Part shown: piece by piece, positions 49,551-60,678 of the stretch | How positions within the stretch are numbered: position 1 is the first letter of the stretch | Layout: each line of letters starts with the position of its first letter | Assembly (NCBI GenBank): GCA_963706285.1 | Contig: CAVPLU010000010.1 | Span: forward strand, 160,001-224,000 | From: Candidatus Bathyarchaeota archaeon | Lineage (GTDB): Archaea; Thermoproteota; Bathyarchaeia; 40CM-2-53-6 | Length of the DNA stretch: 64,000 nucleotides | Direction of reading: 5' to 3' | Notes under the pieces: generated by a model | The model's input: only the letters and a program-made list of their open reading frames with translations | Told to the model about the DNA's origin: nothing | Database searches by the model: none | Translations under genes and position numbers: made by a program

Positions 49551-51839
49551 TTGATAACCTTGGCTCCCCCCAGCCTCTATGATCATCCTCTGATCAATGC
49601 AGAGTCGATCGAGAGGCGAACCTATCAAGAAAGGGTGGCCGAGAATGCACTTCGCGGAAACACTCTCGTCTCCATACCGACTGGACTAGGGAAATCCCTG
49701 ATCGCTGCCTTGGTTGCTGCAAGGAGACTGGATCAGTATCCGGAAAGAAGTGTGGTAGTCTTGGCGCCGACACGCCCACTGGTAGAACAACACTACAATA
49801 CATTCAAGCGATTGCTACGACTCGATCCCAGAGAATTTTCCTGCATAACGGGGCAGATGTCTCCCGATGATAGAAACCAGGCCTGGGCGAAGCGGCTGAT
49901 CGTTTCCACGCCTCAAGTCTTTGTCAACGACCTAATCTCCGGAAAGATTAACCTCGCTCGGATCTCTCTCCTCGTGTTCGATGAAGCCCATAGGGCTGTG
50001 GGCGACTACGCTTACACCTACATCGGAGAAAGGTACGCCAAAATTATGCATGGTCTTGTGTTAGGACTGACAGCATCTCCAGGATCAAGCAAAGAGGCAA
50101 TACAGGAAGTCTGCAACAACCTCAACATCAAACGCGTCGAAGCTCGGACGATCTCAGATCAAGACGTGAAACCGTTCGTTGGAGGAATCAAGGTTGACTG
50201 GATCGCTGTGGAACTGCCCCCTGTTTTCCGAGAAGTGAAGCGGTTGCTCGGTGACTATGCGAAGGATGTTCTGAAGGGAGCCAGAGACTACGGTTATCTG
50301 CCAACCGCAGATGCCGACAGAATTCGACTACGCGACATCCTTGCAGCGAGGGAGAAGATCCGTCATGACATGATTCATGAGCCAGCTGCCAAAGAGTTGC
50401 TTCGAAGAATATCGTTCGGTCTCTATTCATCCATACATGCGCTTAAGGCCACGGAGCTCCTTGAGACACAAGGATTCTCGCCACTGAAGGCTTACCTTGA
50501 TGGCCTTCAGGAACGTGCGCAGAAGCGAGCTATGCCTTGGCTTAGGGCATTCCTTGAAGATCCTAGAATCGTGAATATTTCAGGCATTGCATCGCAGGAA
50601 GTAGAGAAGGGTAACGAACATCCAAAATTGCAGGTCCTCATCGCAAGGGTCAAGGAAACATTCGCGCTTGGTTCTAGGCGCGTCATGGTATTCACCAACT
50701 ATAGGGCAACCGCGGCTAGGCTAGTTGAAGAACTAAGCAAGGAGCCCGGGGTCTCAGCCGTTCGACTTGTGGGGCAGCAAACGAAGAGCGCCGACAAGGG
50801 CCTCTCTCAGAAACAACAGACGATGCTCCTTGAAGATTTCAAGTCAGGTCAATACAATGTTCTAGTCGCCACCCAGATCGGCGAAGAAGGTCTTGACATC
50901 GTCGAATGTGATGAGGTCATATTCTATGACACGGTCCCGAGCGCAATCAGATTCATTCAGCGGAGAGGAAGGACTGGCAGAAAGGGGCCTGGGAAAGCAA
51001 CCGTACTGATGGCTATCGGAACCAGAGATGAGGCATACTATTACATCTCGCGACGACGAGAAAGAATGATGGCTATCGCTCTGAAGCAGGTCGCTTCCCA
51101 GGCGACCGAAATGGAACCCGAGCAGCCTAACTTGGAAGAGTTCCTGAAGGAAGAGCCTATGAAAGAAGCTTCGCAGAAACCCACGATCATTGTAGACTCA
51201 CGTGAACTTGGCTCACCAACGACGAGGGAACTCTCCAAATACGATATCCTCATCACACAAGAGACCCTAAGCATAGGCGACTTCATCATATCAGATCGAA
51301 CGGCGATAGAACGAAAAACCGCCGAGGACTTCGTTGCCTCGATAATTGATGGGCGTCTATTCGAACAAATATCCAATCTCAAGTCCGCCTATGAAATGCC
51401 GATCCTGCTGATTGAAGGCGAGAGTTTCCAGACATCCCGCAACATCGCACCGGAAGCTGTCATGGGAGCAGTTGCAAGCATCATCATAGACTTCAGCGTA
51501 CCTGTGGTGTGGACGAGAAGCCCCTCAGAAACTGCTCTTCTGCTGCTTTCGATCGCAAGACGTGAACAATCAAAGGGAGAACGCCGGCCCCGGATAAGAA
51601 TGGAGCGTAGACCCGAGTCGCTTGCGCACGAGCAGGAATTTGTCGTCGCAGGTCTACCGTTAGTTGACAGAATCATCGCTAGGCGGCTGCTCAAGGCCTT
51701 CGGAAGCGTCGAGAAGGTCTTCGTGGCTTCCGAGAAGGAGCTTCAAAACGTGGAGGGAATAGGCAAGAAGATTTCTGATCGGATCAGAAAACTGCTCACC
51801 ACCCCATACAAGGAAAGCGACATGACCTCCCATGACTAG
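49551..51839 (+). CDS. hef: Hef helicase-nuclease (FANCM-like helicase plus ERCC4 nuclease)
   Basis: PTGLGKS, DEAH, TASPG, QRRGRTGR, VDSRE, GD..ERKT..D, HhH. Confidence 0.93.
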   Translation: MITLAPPSLYDHPLINAESIERRTYQERVAENALRGNTLVSIPTGLGKSLIAALVAARRLDQYPERSVVVLAPTRPLVEQHYNTFKRLLRLDPREFSCITGQMSPDDRNQAWAKRLIVSTPQVFVNDLISGKINLARISLLVFDEAHRAVGDYAYTYIGERYAKIMHGLVLGLTASPGSSKEAIQEVCNNLNIKRVEARTISDQDVKPFVGGIKVDWIAVELPPVFREVKRLLGDYAKDVLKGARDYGYLPTADADRIRLRDILAAREKIRHDMIHEPAAKELLRRISFGLYSSIHALKATELLETQGFSPLKAYLDGLQERAQKRAMPWLRAFLEDPRIVNISGIASQEVEKGNEHPKLQVLIARVKETFALGSRRVMVFTNYRATAARLVEELSKEPGVSAVRLVGQQTKSADKGLSQKQQTMLLEDFKSGQYNVLVATQIGEEGLDIVECDEVIFYDTVPSAIRFIQRRGRTGRKGPGKATVLMAIGTRDEAYYYISRRRERMMAIALKQVASQATEMEPEQPNLEEFLKEEPMKEASQKPTIIVDSRELGSPTTRELSKYDILITQETLSIGDFIISDRTAIERKTAEDFVASIIDGRLFEQISNLKSAYEMPILLIEGESFQTSRNIAPEAVMGAVASIIIDFSVPVVWTRSPSETALLLLSIARREQSKGERRPRIRMERRPESLAHEQEFVVAGLPLVDRIIARRLLKAFGSVEKVFVASEKELQNVEGIGKKISDRIRKLLTTPYKESDMTSHD

Positions 51840-51914
51840 CTGTGGCTTGAGTTACAGCAAAGACCTATTCTATCTGGCGCAGTTAGCTTATTGCCTCAAA
51901 AGTGACGGTTGTTC

Positions 51915-52904
51915 ATGAGCGAACTCGATTCTGTGCTCGAAAGATACGCGGCTACGGTGAATCGGCAAATCGAGAAGTATCTTCCTCGGAGCGGCCGACC
52001 AGTCACGCTTCACCAACCGATGTGGGAACTACTCGATCGTGGAGGAAAGAGGTTCAGGCCAGCCTTGACGCTTCTCTTCTGCAAGGCAGCGGGCGGCAAA
52101 GAACGAAGGGCAATTCCAGCCGCTAGCGCCGTTGAAATTCTCCACAACATGACATTGATTCATGATGACATTGAGGATCAGAGTGAACTCCGAAGAGGGA
52201 AACCGTGCGTTCACATAATGTTCGGGCAGTCCGCAGCAATCAACTCAGGCGACGCGATGCTGATCAAAGTCTTCGAAGCCGCCGCCGACGGATCACTTGA
52301 GGCTGCCACCAAGAACAGCCTCGTTCAACTATTTGCGAAGAGGGCCTTTCAGGTTACGAAGGGTCAAGCGCTAGAATTCGAACTCAACAACCGCGAAATC
52401 TTCACCGACGAGGATGTTATCGAAGTCTTACGAAACAAGACAAGTGCCCTCGTTGCTTTAGCATGTGAAGCTGGAGTGATCGTAGCTGGCGCAAAGAAGA
52501 GTCAGCTATCTGTCGCAGGCAAGTTTGGCGAAGCCACAGGCGTTGGATTCCAAATCGTTGACGATCTTCTAAACGTCACAGGCGATGTTCGAAAGTACGG
52601 AAAGGAGATTGGCGGTGACATCAGAGAAGGCAAACGAACCATCATGGCGGCCCACCTAGTCAAATCTGCCTCACCAGAAGACCGAGAACAATTCATGAAA
52701 ATGCTTGGGAAATCTGCCATATCACAAGATGAGATCGGGAAAACAATCGAACTATACAAGAAATACGGATCGATTGACTACGCGAGGAGGCTAGCAGACA
52801 GATACATCGAAGAGGGACTGAGCGCCCTCAGGAGATTGCCTAGATCGAATGCAAGAGACACAATTGAGGCTCTTGCTGGATACATGATTCGAAGAGAAAT
52901 CTGA
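51915..52904 (+). CDS. Polyprenyl (geranylgeranyl) diphosphate synthase
   Basis: GGKRFRP, DDIED..RRG, FQIVDD, DIREGK. Confidence 0.92.
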   Translation: MSELDSVLERYAATVNRQIEKYLPRSGRPVTLHQPMWELLDRGGKRFRPALTLLFCKAAGGKERRAIPAASAVEILHNMTLIHDDIEDQSELRRGKPCVHIMFGQSAAINSGDAMLIKVFEAAADGSLEAATKNSLVQLFAKRAFQVTKGQALEFELNNREIFTDEDVIEVLRNKTSALVALACEAGVIVAGAKKSQLSVAGKFGEATGVGFQIVDDLLNVTGDVRKYGKEIGGDIREGKRTIMAAHLVKSASPEDREQFMKMLGKSAISQDEIGKTIELYKKYGSIDYARRLADRYIEEGLSALRRLPRSNARDTIEALAGYMIRREI

Positions 52905-53339
52905 GAGGTCAAGTCGCCGGTCTGTATGAATTCGTGCGCTTTCTTGACAACTTCCCAGGTGAGCTTTTCAAGTTCGGCGCGTCTCTCCGAGTACTTCGTG
53001 GCACAGAAGGCGTTCGCCTTCCAATCCGGTGTTCCACTAGCGGAATATGTCCCCGGCATGGTATGTGATCGCATCCTCGAAAGAGGTGCCGGCCTCCGGG
53101 AAAGAGGTGCCGCTTTGCGAGCCCTCATTAACGCCCGAAAGACGTGGATCATCGCCTACGATGAATGTGTGGCCATTGCGGGAGCTCTGCCGGGAAAGGG
53201 GGCATCCGTGCCCATAGTCTAGCCCCGAACATGCGAGCACGACCCAACGCTAAACAAATCCATCAGGAGTGCTTGACTCGCAGCTGCTTCATTCTCGGAA
53301 ACGGTGGGATAGTCCCCTCGAGTCACCAAGAAAATACTT

Positions 53340-53948
53340 CTAAACTTCAAACTCTCGCAGTTTACTCATGACGAGATTCAAGACGTTCTCGCCCACTTTC
53401 TCGATAGTCTGAGTTGCGTCAACGAGTGTAAGTTCTCCTGACTCTGCCAACTTCAAGTATTCTTCTCTGACTCGCTCTTGAAGAGCCAGCTTCTCCAGGA
53501 GACTCTTCTTTCTCTTTATCCTGCTCATTCCCGTCTTAGCGGGAACATCAAGATACAAAGCAAGGTCCGGCTTCACGGCGAACTGGTTAATCTCTTGAAG
53601 CCATTGTGAATCCACATCTTGTGCACCCTGGTAGGCGAAAGAGGCGTAGACGTAGCGGTCACATACCACAATCCTTCCAACGGCAAGCGCAGGAAGTATC
53701 TCAGATTCAAGGTGCAGAAATCGGTCAGCCGCGAATAGAAGAGCCTCGACTTCCGGGCGCGTCTTCTTTCCGTGGAGAATTCGTCGTCGAATCAACCTGC
53801 CTACTGTGCTCCGGCTTGGCTCGGCTGTGGGATGAACCTTGTACCCCTCGCGTCTCAGCGCAGCGCAGAGCACTCTCGCCTGAGTTGTCTTTCCGGAGCC
53901 ATCGCTTCCTTCGAGAACTACGAATGTCCCTTTGAGAGGTCTTCTCAC
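53340..53948 (-). CDS. tmk: Thymidylate kinase
   Basis: EGSDGSGKTT, LLFAADR, DRY...AYQ. Confidence 0.95.
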   Translation of the reverse strand: MRRPLKGTFVVLEGSDGSGKTTQARVLCAALRREGYKVHPTAEPSRSTVGRLIRRRILHGKKTRPEVEALLFAADRFLHLESEILPALAVGRIVVCDRYVYASFAYQGAQDVDSQWLQEINQFAVKPDLALYLDVPAKTGMSRIKRKKSLLEKLALQERVREEYLKLAESGELTLVDATQTIEKVGENVLNLVMSKLREFEV

Positions 53949-54122
53949 AACTTGTCGCTCCCTGCGTTCCTTCCTTTTCGTTTGGAGGTCTCCGCCTCCG
54001 CCGCATAGAAAATGGTGTCGGTTTGTCTGTCAGTTTTCACGCACAAGAGTTCTACAGATCTTTTCCTTTTAAGGGCACGATAAGTAGTGGATGGCAGATG
54101 CACTCTGAGAGATAGAGAATCT

Positions 54123-55400
54123 TTGAACGAGAAAGGTTTCTGGGGGTTCATCAAGGATCCGATTCATGGTTACATTAGGCTCACAGAAACCGAGAGGAGA
54201 ATCCTCGATACAGCTCCGGTTCAACGGCTAAGAAGGATCAGACAGCTTTCTGGAGCCGAGTACGCGTATCCTGCGGCAACACACACTCGCTTTGAGCACG
54301 TACTCGGAACAATGTACTTGGCCGGGGTGGTTGCGGAGAATCTTCCTGCAGATCTCGATGAAGACGAGAAGAAAGCAGTGAAAGTCGCCGCACTATTGCA
54401 TGATGTAGGGCATGCACCATTTTCGCATCTCTTCGAGCCGATGCTGCAGAGATACGTCGGGAAAACGCATGAGGATATGTCAACTCGCATCATTCTCGAG
54501 TCAGAACTCTCCGGCGTGCTTCAGCAGGAAGGGCTGGATCCAGAGAAGGTCAGCAGACTGTGCGTTGGGAGATACGGGGACTCGAAACGGGCCTATCTGG
54601 ACCAGATTATTCGAAGCTCTGTGGATGTCGACAAGATGGACTTTGTACTTCGAGACTCGTACCATACTGGCGCCGGGTACGGAGACGTTGACATCTTTCG
54701 CTTGATCTACACCATGGACATTCTGAACGGCAACTTGGCTGTGGACGTGACTGCACTCTCAACCCTTGAAAGCTTCATTCTAGCGAGACTGGAATCATTC
54801 AGAACGATCTACTTCCACAAAACTTCGCGTGCCGCTCAAATAATGCTGCTAAAGGCCTTGGAATGCGCGAAGGACGACCTAGGCATTTCTAAGCTCAGCT
54901 CCGTTGATGAGTATCTCATGCTTGATGACAACATCGTCTGGGCGACCCTTCGTAAGAACCCGAAGTCCAGAATGATCATTGAGGATATTGACAGGCGGAA
55001 ACTGCTGAAATGTGCATACGAAAAGACATTCTTCGTGAAAGACGAGTTCCTTTCAAGCCTTTTCACGAAAGATGCGGTTCGTGACAAGATGGAGGAAGAG
55101 ATTGCGTCAAAAGCGAAGGTTGATGTTGGGAATGTCAGCATAGATTTGCCGTCTCTTCCATCTGTGCCCTATCACTCTGCAGCGGAGCTGGAGCCCATGG
55201 ATATTCCGGTATTCTACCGGGGATCGAATGGCGAGAAACTACCACAAAAGATCTCTGAGGTGTCAAAGATTGTAGACGTACTGACGGCCTACATGAACAT
55301 CATTCGAGTCTACACGGTTGAACAACACAGAGAGCAAGTTCGAAGAGCAGCTGCAAGCGTACTCGGAGAATCCGCGCTATCGAGCCTCGTCTCATACTAA
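54123..55400 (+). CDS. HD-domain phosphohydrolase (dNTP triphosphohydrolase/SAMHD1-like)
   Basis: DPIHG, QRLRRIRQL, HTRFEH, LLHDVGHAPFSH, DKMD..RD. Confidence 0.9.
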   Translation: MNEKGFWGFIKDPIHGYIRLTETERRILDTAPVQRLRRIRQLSGAEYAYPAATHTRFEHVLGTMYLAGVVAENLPADLDEDEKKAVKVAALLHDVGHAPFSHLFEPMLQRYVGKTHEDMSTRIILESELSGVLQQEGLDPEKVSRLCVGRYGDSKRAYLDQIIRSSVDVDKMDFVLRDSYHTGAGYGDVDIFRLIYTMDILNGNLAVDVTALSTLESFILARLESFRTIYFHKTSRAAQIMLLKALECAKDDLGISKLSSVDEYLMLDDNIVWATLRKNPKSRMIIEDIDRRKLLKCAYEKTFFVKDEFLSSLFTKDAVRDKMEEEIASKAKVDVGNVSIDLPSLPSVPYHSAAELEPMDIPVFYRGSNGEKLPQKISEVSKIVDVLTAYMNIIRVYTVEQHREQVRRAAASVLGESALSSLVSY

Positions 55401-55748
55401 CCGGTCGACTGAAGCTTCTTCAGATCGTCTAAGAGTTTCGCGTAGATTCTAAGCGCCTCAGACTCCTCGATCGACGTGTTTATCGACACGACGGCAAGTT
55501 TGCCAAAAGACCCAACCGCCCTCTCGGCGAGCGCTCTGCTCGCCATCAGATATTTACCGCCCAGTAGAACTGATGATCGCCCTGCTTTCTCTTCCAAGAT
55601 TCCTGGCATGGCTAAGGGCTACTGTGCCAAGCTTGCTCGCGCCTTCGTAGAAGAAAATCAGGACAGCGTTTTCCAACTTGACCAAGTTCGCTTGGAATAC
55701 GACCCCATCGCGCTCAAACTTTGCATCTAACGATTCCAACGCAGGCAT
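55397..55748 (-). CDS. PAC4-like proteasome assembly chaperone, one apparent frameshift ~55616
   Basis: Joined frame KLGTVALAMP...SSVLLG...SRALAER...VVSIN resembles the PAC4/PSMG4 core. Confidence 0.6.
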
Positions 55749-55847
55749 GACATATCGTCGCCTTAGGCATAGTCCGGACCCATAAGCTCAGATTTCAATA
55801 TGTGCATTGACGATAGATAACGCCAAAGAATCGAGAGGACAAGGAAA

Positions 55848-56538
55848 GTGCGCATCGCAGTAATCTCAGATCTCCACTCTAACTTCGACGCCCTACAAGC
55901 CGTTCTATCAGACATAGGCGATTATGACGCCCTTGTGTGCCTAGGAGATCTCGTCGGGTACGGTGCGCAGCCAAACGAAGTCGTCTCCGAGATCAGATCG
56001 CTGAGACCAGACGCGATTGTGATGGGGAACCATGACTACGCCGTCTCGACTGGTGACACGTCGGGTTTCGTGCGTCATGCAGTACAAGCGGTAGAGTGGA
56101 CGCGCAGACAGATATCACCTGAGAATCTCAAGTATATCGCGAGTCTACGTTCAAAAGCAACTTTCGCAGTCGACGAAGTCAATATCGCTCTGGTTCATGG
56201 AAGCCCCAGAGATCCACTTAACGAGTACATCTACCCGGATGTCTCAGACTTCATCCTCAGAAGCCTGATCGAGGAATCCGGAGGAGACTCGCTCCTTCTC
56301 GGACACACCCATATTCCTTTCACTCACAGCTACGGTTCGAAGACTGATCGGAAATCCAGGCAGTGTAGGTCAGCCCAGAGACGGCGACGCTCGAGCAAGC
56401 TATGCTATCCTCGAACCATCCGCTGAAGTCGAATTCCAGATACGCAGAATCAGCTACGATATCGATGCGGCCGCGAGCAAGATAGTTGCAGGAGGGCTTC
56501 CAAAGTTGCTTGCGGATCGCTTGTTCAAGGGATTCTAG
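55848..56538 (+). CDS. Metallophosphoesterase, one apparent frameshift ~56343
   Basis: SDLHSN, LGD, GNHD, HGSP, GHTH, then NPGSVGQPRDGD in the shifted frame. Confidence 0.88.
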
Positions 56539-56685
56539 ACCTAGATTCTAGCTTAGCGGAGCTCCAATACAACATGTGGGTTGGCAATCATATTTTCGCA
56601 TAAATGCCCGATTGGCTCTTTGGAGTCCTCCGGAAATACATCAGGCGAAAAGAGACATCACGGTCAGCTAATTTCTCGCGAACGG

Positions 56686-57241
56686 CTAGAGAATACTCGC
56701 AATCAACATCACTATTCCTGCGCCAATTGGAATGGCCAGATTGTCGTCAAGAATTTCAAGAAGCTCGAGCAACATTCCAGCAACCGAGCCTGCTAACGCA
56801 AGATAGGGAGGAACCCACAGTAGCGCAACCGCAAACGAAACAATCACTCCGGCCGCAAAACCCTCCAGTGTCTTCTTCCTCACATGTATTCGACCAAACC
56901 TTCTGCCGAACGTACGCTGCCATTGGGTCGCCCACCGCGACAATTGTGATTGAAGCGTATGCGATGTTCTTCGGAAAAAGGAGCAGAGACATAATCACGC
57001 CGACGGCCAGGTAGATGGGTGCCGTAACCAGACGGGGTGTCTCATTCTCACGACTCATCCTGAGCGTGAATTTCGTGATTAGTGGTAGTTGTTTGCCTCT
57101 AAGACGCAATTCCTCCGAGAGAATGTAGGTGATGGTTACCGCGATGAGAATTGCCAGGATTATGGATTTGGAGGTTGCCTCCGCTAAGAAAGGGATCAGC
57201 AACGCTACGAGATGTACGACTGTTCTGAGTTTGCTCGTCAA
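56686..57241 (-). CDS. Dolichol/phytol kinase-like membrane protein, one apparent frameshift ~56908
   Basis: R..VH, GDPMAA..G, KKTLEG, DDNLAIP. Confidence 0.8.
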
Positions 57242-57561
57242 TCAAACCGCTCTGCCGACAGCGCTTCTGAGTTCAGCTTGGCTATGCGCCCTTATCGCTC
57301 CTTCGGCAGAGCGCAGCACCGTGCACCGCTCTGGTATGATTCGCCGAGAAGGATCGCTGACATTATTTCATGTCTTTCTGTATCTCTTGTAGCTAAACAC
57401 TAGAAGTCCCGAAATTGCAGCAATCACAACTATCGACCCGACCATTATCCATGGAGGTGTGAGTGAGAGTTCGATAGGTAATGTTGTAGCCGTGGTAGTT
57501 GTCACCGTTGAAGTTGACCATGGTGTGTGAAGAAGTCACTACAGACACTGTTATGCTCGTT

Positions 57562-58960
57562 CTATAGTCTTCCTCCTCGGGTCATTCTCTTCAGATCTAG
57601 GATTCGATCGACTTCGTCGTTTGGAATGCCCTCTTCCAACATTGCCTCACGAATTGTCTTGTTCTCTTCTTGTGCCCTCTTCACTATCTGGGCAGCACGG
57701 TCGTATCCAATTGTTGGAGCGATGGCAGTCACCAATGCGTAGCTTCTCTCAGCGAGGTCTTCACATCGACTACGGTTCGCCTTTATTCCGTCTATACATT
57801 TCTCGGCGAGAACGGTGGCCGCGTTTGCTTCTATCCCTATTGACTGGAGCAAGTTGAAGGCGATGAGCGGCATCATCGTATTGAGCTCAAGCGTTCCTGA
57901 CTGGCCGGCGAGCGTGATCGTTAGGTCGTTCCCGATGACTTGTGCACAAACCATGTTCACAGATTCGGGCACCACGGGGTTTACCTTTCCAGGCATAATA
58001 CTGGAGCCAGGCTGGATTGCAGGCAGCTCAATCTCGCCAAGTCCAGTTTTTGGGCCGGAACTGAGCAGGCGGAGGTCGTTTGCTATCTTCATCAAACTGA
58101 CAGCCACAGAACGGAGGGCGCCGCTCGTCTCCACCGCGGCATCGCGATTCTGAAGTGCTTCAAACCTGTTCTTGGAAGGACAGAATTTCATTCCGGTGAT
58201 ATCATTGATCTTCTTTACTACCAGTTTCCCGAAATCTGGATGCGCATTCAAGCCAGTTCCGATCGCCGTTCCGCCGATTGGGAGTTCCAGAAGTGAACCT
58301 GCTCGACTTCTCGATTCGCTCGATTCCATGGGCGATCATGCTGGCGTATCCGCTGAATTCCTGGCCTAGTGTGATGGGAACTGCGTCTTGTAGATGCGTT
58401 CTTCCCGGCTTCACCACATCAGAGAATTCTCCAGCTTTCTTCTCAAGAGCCAAGGCGAGTTTCTTCAATGCCGGCAGGAGATCGGTCAAGATCGCTTCTG
58501 TGGCTGATACGTGAATAGCGGTTGGGAAGACATCGTTTGAGGATTGGCTCATATTCACGTGGTCGTTTGGGTGAACAACTCCTTTGTCACCTCTATTGCC
58601 ACCCAAGAGTTCTATTGCACGGTTGGCAATCACCTCGTTCGCATTCATGTTCGTTGAAGTTCCAGATCCTGTTTGGAAGATCTCAACAACAAACTGCTCA
58701 TCGAACTTTCCGTCCGCAACTTCCTTAGCGGCCTGAACGATTGCCTTTCCCTTGTTTTTATCAAGAAGGCCTAGCTGCATGTTCACGTCGGCCGAAGCCT
58801 CCTTGACAATTCCAAGGGCTCGGATGAACCTTCTAGGGAAGACCAGCCCAGATATCTGAAAGTTCTCGAGTGCCCTCTGTGTCTGAGCGCCATAGTATGC
58901 GCTCGCCGGAACCTTGACGCTCCCCATAGTATCTTGTTCAATCCTGAATGATTGGCTCAA
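57562..58960 (-). CDS. fumC: Class II fumarate hydratase, one apparent frameshift ~58303
   Basis: [38 protein letters not shown]. Confidence 0.92.
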
Positions 58961-59208
58961 GATAACCGACCCTTAGCTCCAATTAGAGCGATGACCACAA
59001 TTAACGTTCCCATGAACCAAAGCCCAACGACTGCGGTCCCCTTGGTCAAGACTGCTAAGCCTCCTGCCAGATCCCCACTGACACGTGAGTGACGATCGTT
59101 GTCCTTGCCGTTGCTCAGAGACTGCTTTCTGAGACATGCCACATTTTGGGTACCTGTGATCTGGCCTTAGGACATGGAGACACAGCAAGGACGCTCGGTG
59201 AGTCTTAG

Positions 59209-60665
59209 CGAGGAATTGAGCAAGAAACCCCACAGCTCTTTAGGGGTGGGATGAATTGCGTGTCAGTCTTCAGGCTGACCGATTCCGCATGATAGTTTCA
59301 CGCATCTCTTTACGCTTTAAGCAGTCACGGCGAGAAGGGTTGTGAAGTTGCAGGTCATCAAGACCGTTCGCATACCTGTTCACTACGCCGTCACGAAGCG
59401 TAAACGCTCTATTCTGGATTCGTTGACGGCGCGAACCACATACGGGGTCTGGTTATGGTCGAAGCTGTTCAAGGAGCATAAGCTGAAGGGCTCCTACGCG
59501 GATAGGCGACGATTCTACGAGCAGGTCAAAGCGGACGCGAAGCTTGGCTCGCTCACTCAATGCTGCTTCGATACAGCCTCGTGGATGTGGCGGAGCTACC
59601 ATGAAGCGCACAAGGCTTGGCGTAGGAACGTTGCGATCGCCAGACGTGAAGGCAAGCATAGGTGGCTTCGCAAGCTCCTACGACGCGAACCACAAGAACC
59701 ATTCACGAACGGCATGAACGGCAAAGTTCCGATATGGTTTGACAGTCGCTTCGGCACGATTGAACAGTCGAAGCACATCAAAATCTGTTCATATGTGGCG
59801 CGTGTCTCAACGCTCCGTCGAGGAGTCAAGCTGACGATTCCATTGAATCCTGCCAAGCATCATCAGGACATGTTTCAGCATGGCACTATGAAGAGCTTTC
59901 AAATCATCAAACGGGATGGCAAGTATTGTGTTCATGTGAAGATGGAATCCGTGGTTCCAGATCAGCCCGTCTATGCAGTACGTGGAATTGACCTTGGAGT
60001 GAAGCGGTCAATCGCATCCGTGATGCTGAAGCCGAATCAGCCTCTAAGGTCCAGTGACTTCACAATCCAGACGGACGGGTTGAAACGAGATCGGCTGAAC
60101 CGCCTAGAGAAACGAGTAGCAGAACTACAGCGTGCAAAGAAGTGGGAACCACTAAAACGTATCCGACACAAGCGACTACACCTAGGCGAATACTATGACA
60201 GACTAGCAGCAAAGCAAATTGCCGTAACATCACAGAACTGTCTCGTCGCAGTCGGCTATCCGAAAGGCATCAAATATGAGAACTTCAAAGGCAACGATAA
60301 GGCAAAGCTTCGCAAAATGCTCGCCCGTTGGACGTATGGACGAGAAATCCGCTACATCCAGGAAGAATGCGCGAAAGTCGGTGTTCCAATAGAAGCAGCA
60401 GACGAACGTTGGTCCAGTCGAACATGTCACCGTTGCGGTTCACGCAATACCGAACGCATCACGCAGAGCATCTTTCACTGCTGGAACTGCGAACATATCT
60501 ACAACGCGGACTTCAACAGTAGCATCAATATCGGGTCGCGTTTCTTGCCAAAGGCCACGACTCGACAGGCCACAGATGATTTGGCCTATACTGGGAATGA
60601 ACAGGCAAGAGAAATAGTAGCCTGTGAGCCCAGAAGCCCACACCCATTCATGGGTGGGTAATCAC
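59209..60665 (+). mobile_element. IS200/IS605-family tnpB-only element (IS1341-like)
   Basis: Left-end hairpin CCCAC...GTGGG starting at 59229, after TTAG (59205-59208); right end GAAG-CCCACACCCATTCATGGGTGGG-TAA-TCAC; no tnpA. Confidence 0.8.
59342..60661 (+). CDS. tnpB: RNA-guided endonuclease TnpB
   Basis: GIDLG RuvC-I, DERWSS, CHRC..CWNC Zn finger, NADFN RuvC-III. Confidence 0.92.
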   Translation: MKLQVIKTVRIPVHYAVTKRKRSILDSLTARTTYGVWLWSKLFKEHKLKGSYADRRRFYEQVKADAKLGSLTQCCFDTASWMWRSYHEAHKAWRRNVAIARREGKHRWLRKLLRREPQEPFTNGMNGKVPIWFDSRFGTIEQSKHIKICSYVARVSTLRRGVKLTIPLNPAKHHQDMFQHGTMKSFQIIKRDGKYCVHVKMESVVPDQPVYAVRGIDLGVKRSIASVMLKPNQPLRSSDFTIQTDGLKRDRLNRLEKRVAELQRAKKWEPLKRIRHKRLHLGEYYDRLAAKQIAVTSQNCLVAVGYPKGIKYENFKGNDKAKLRKMLARWTYGREIRYIQEECAKVGVPIEAADERWSSRTCHRCGSRNTERITQSIFHCWNCEHIYNADFNSSINIGSRFLPKATTRQATDDLAYTGNEQAREIVACEPRSPHPFMGG

Positions 60666-60678
60666 GGAAGGTTTAATT
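60666..60678 (+). promoter_or_regulatory. Putative BRE/TATA of the rps13-rps4 operon
   Basis: Purine-rich GGAAGG followed by TTTAATT about 40 nt upstream of the rps13 ATG. Confidence 0.5.

Noticed and set aside
53079-53112. 13-nt direct repeat GAAAGAGGTGCCG x2 as a CRISPR or regulatory array
   Set aside because: Only two copies 8 nt apart; the surrounding ORFs (52778-53371) are unconvincing, so no call was made
58961-59204. Small ORFs or a tnpA remnant between fumC and the IS left end
   Set aside because: No HUH/Y1 or serine-recombinase motif and no tRNA structure recognised
59342-60661. TnpB as a nuclease-dead repressor or a Cas12f-type effector
   Set aside because: An alternative catalytic Glu is present, both IS ends are intact, and no CRISPR array or cas gene is in the window
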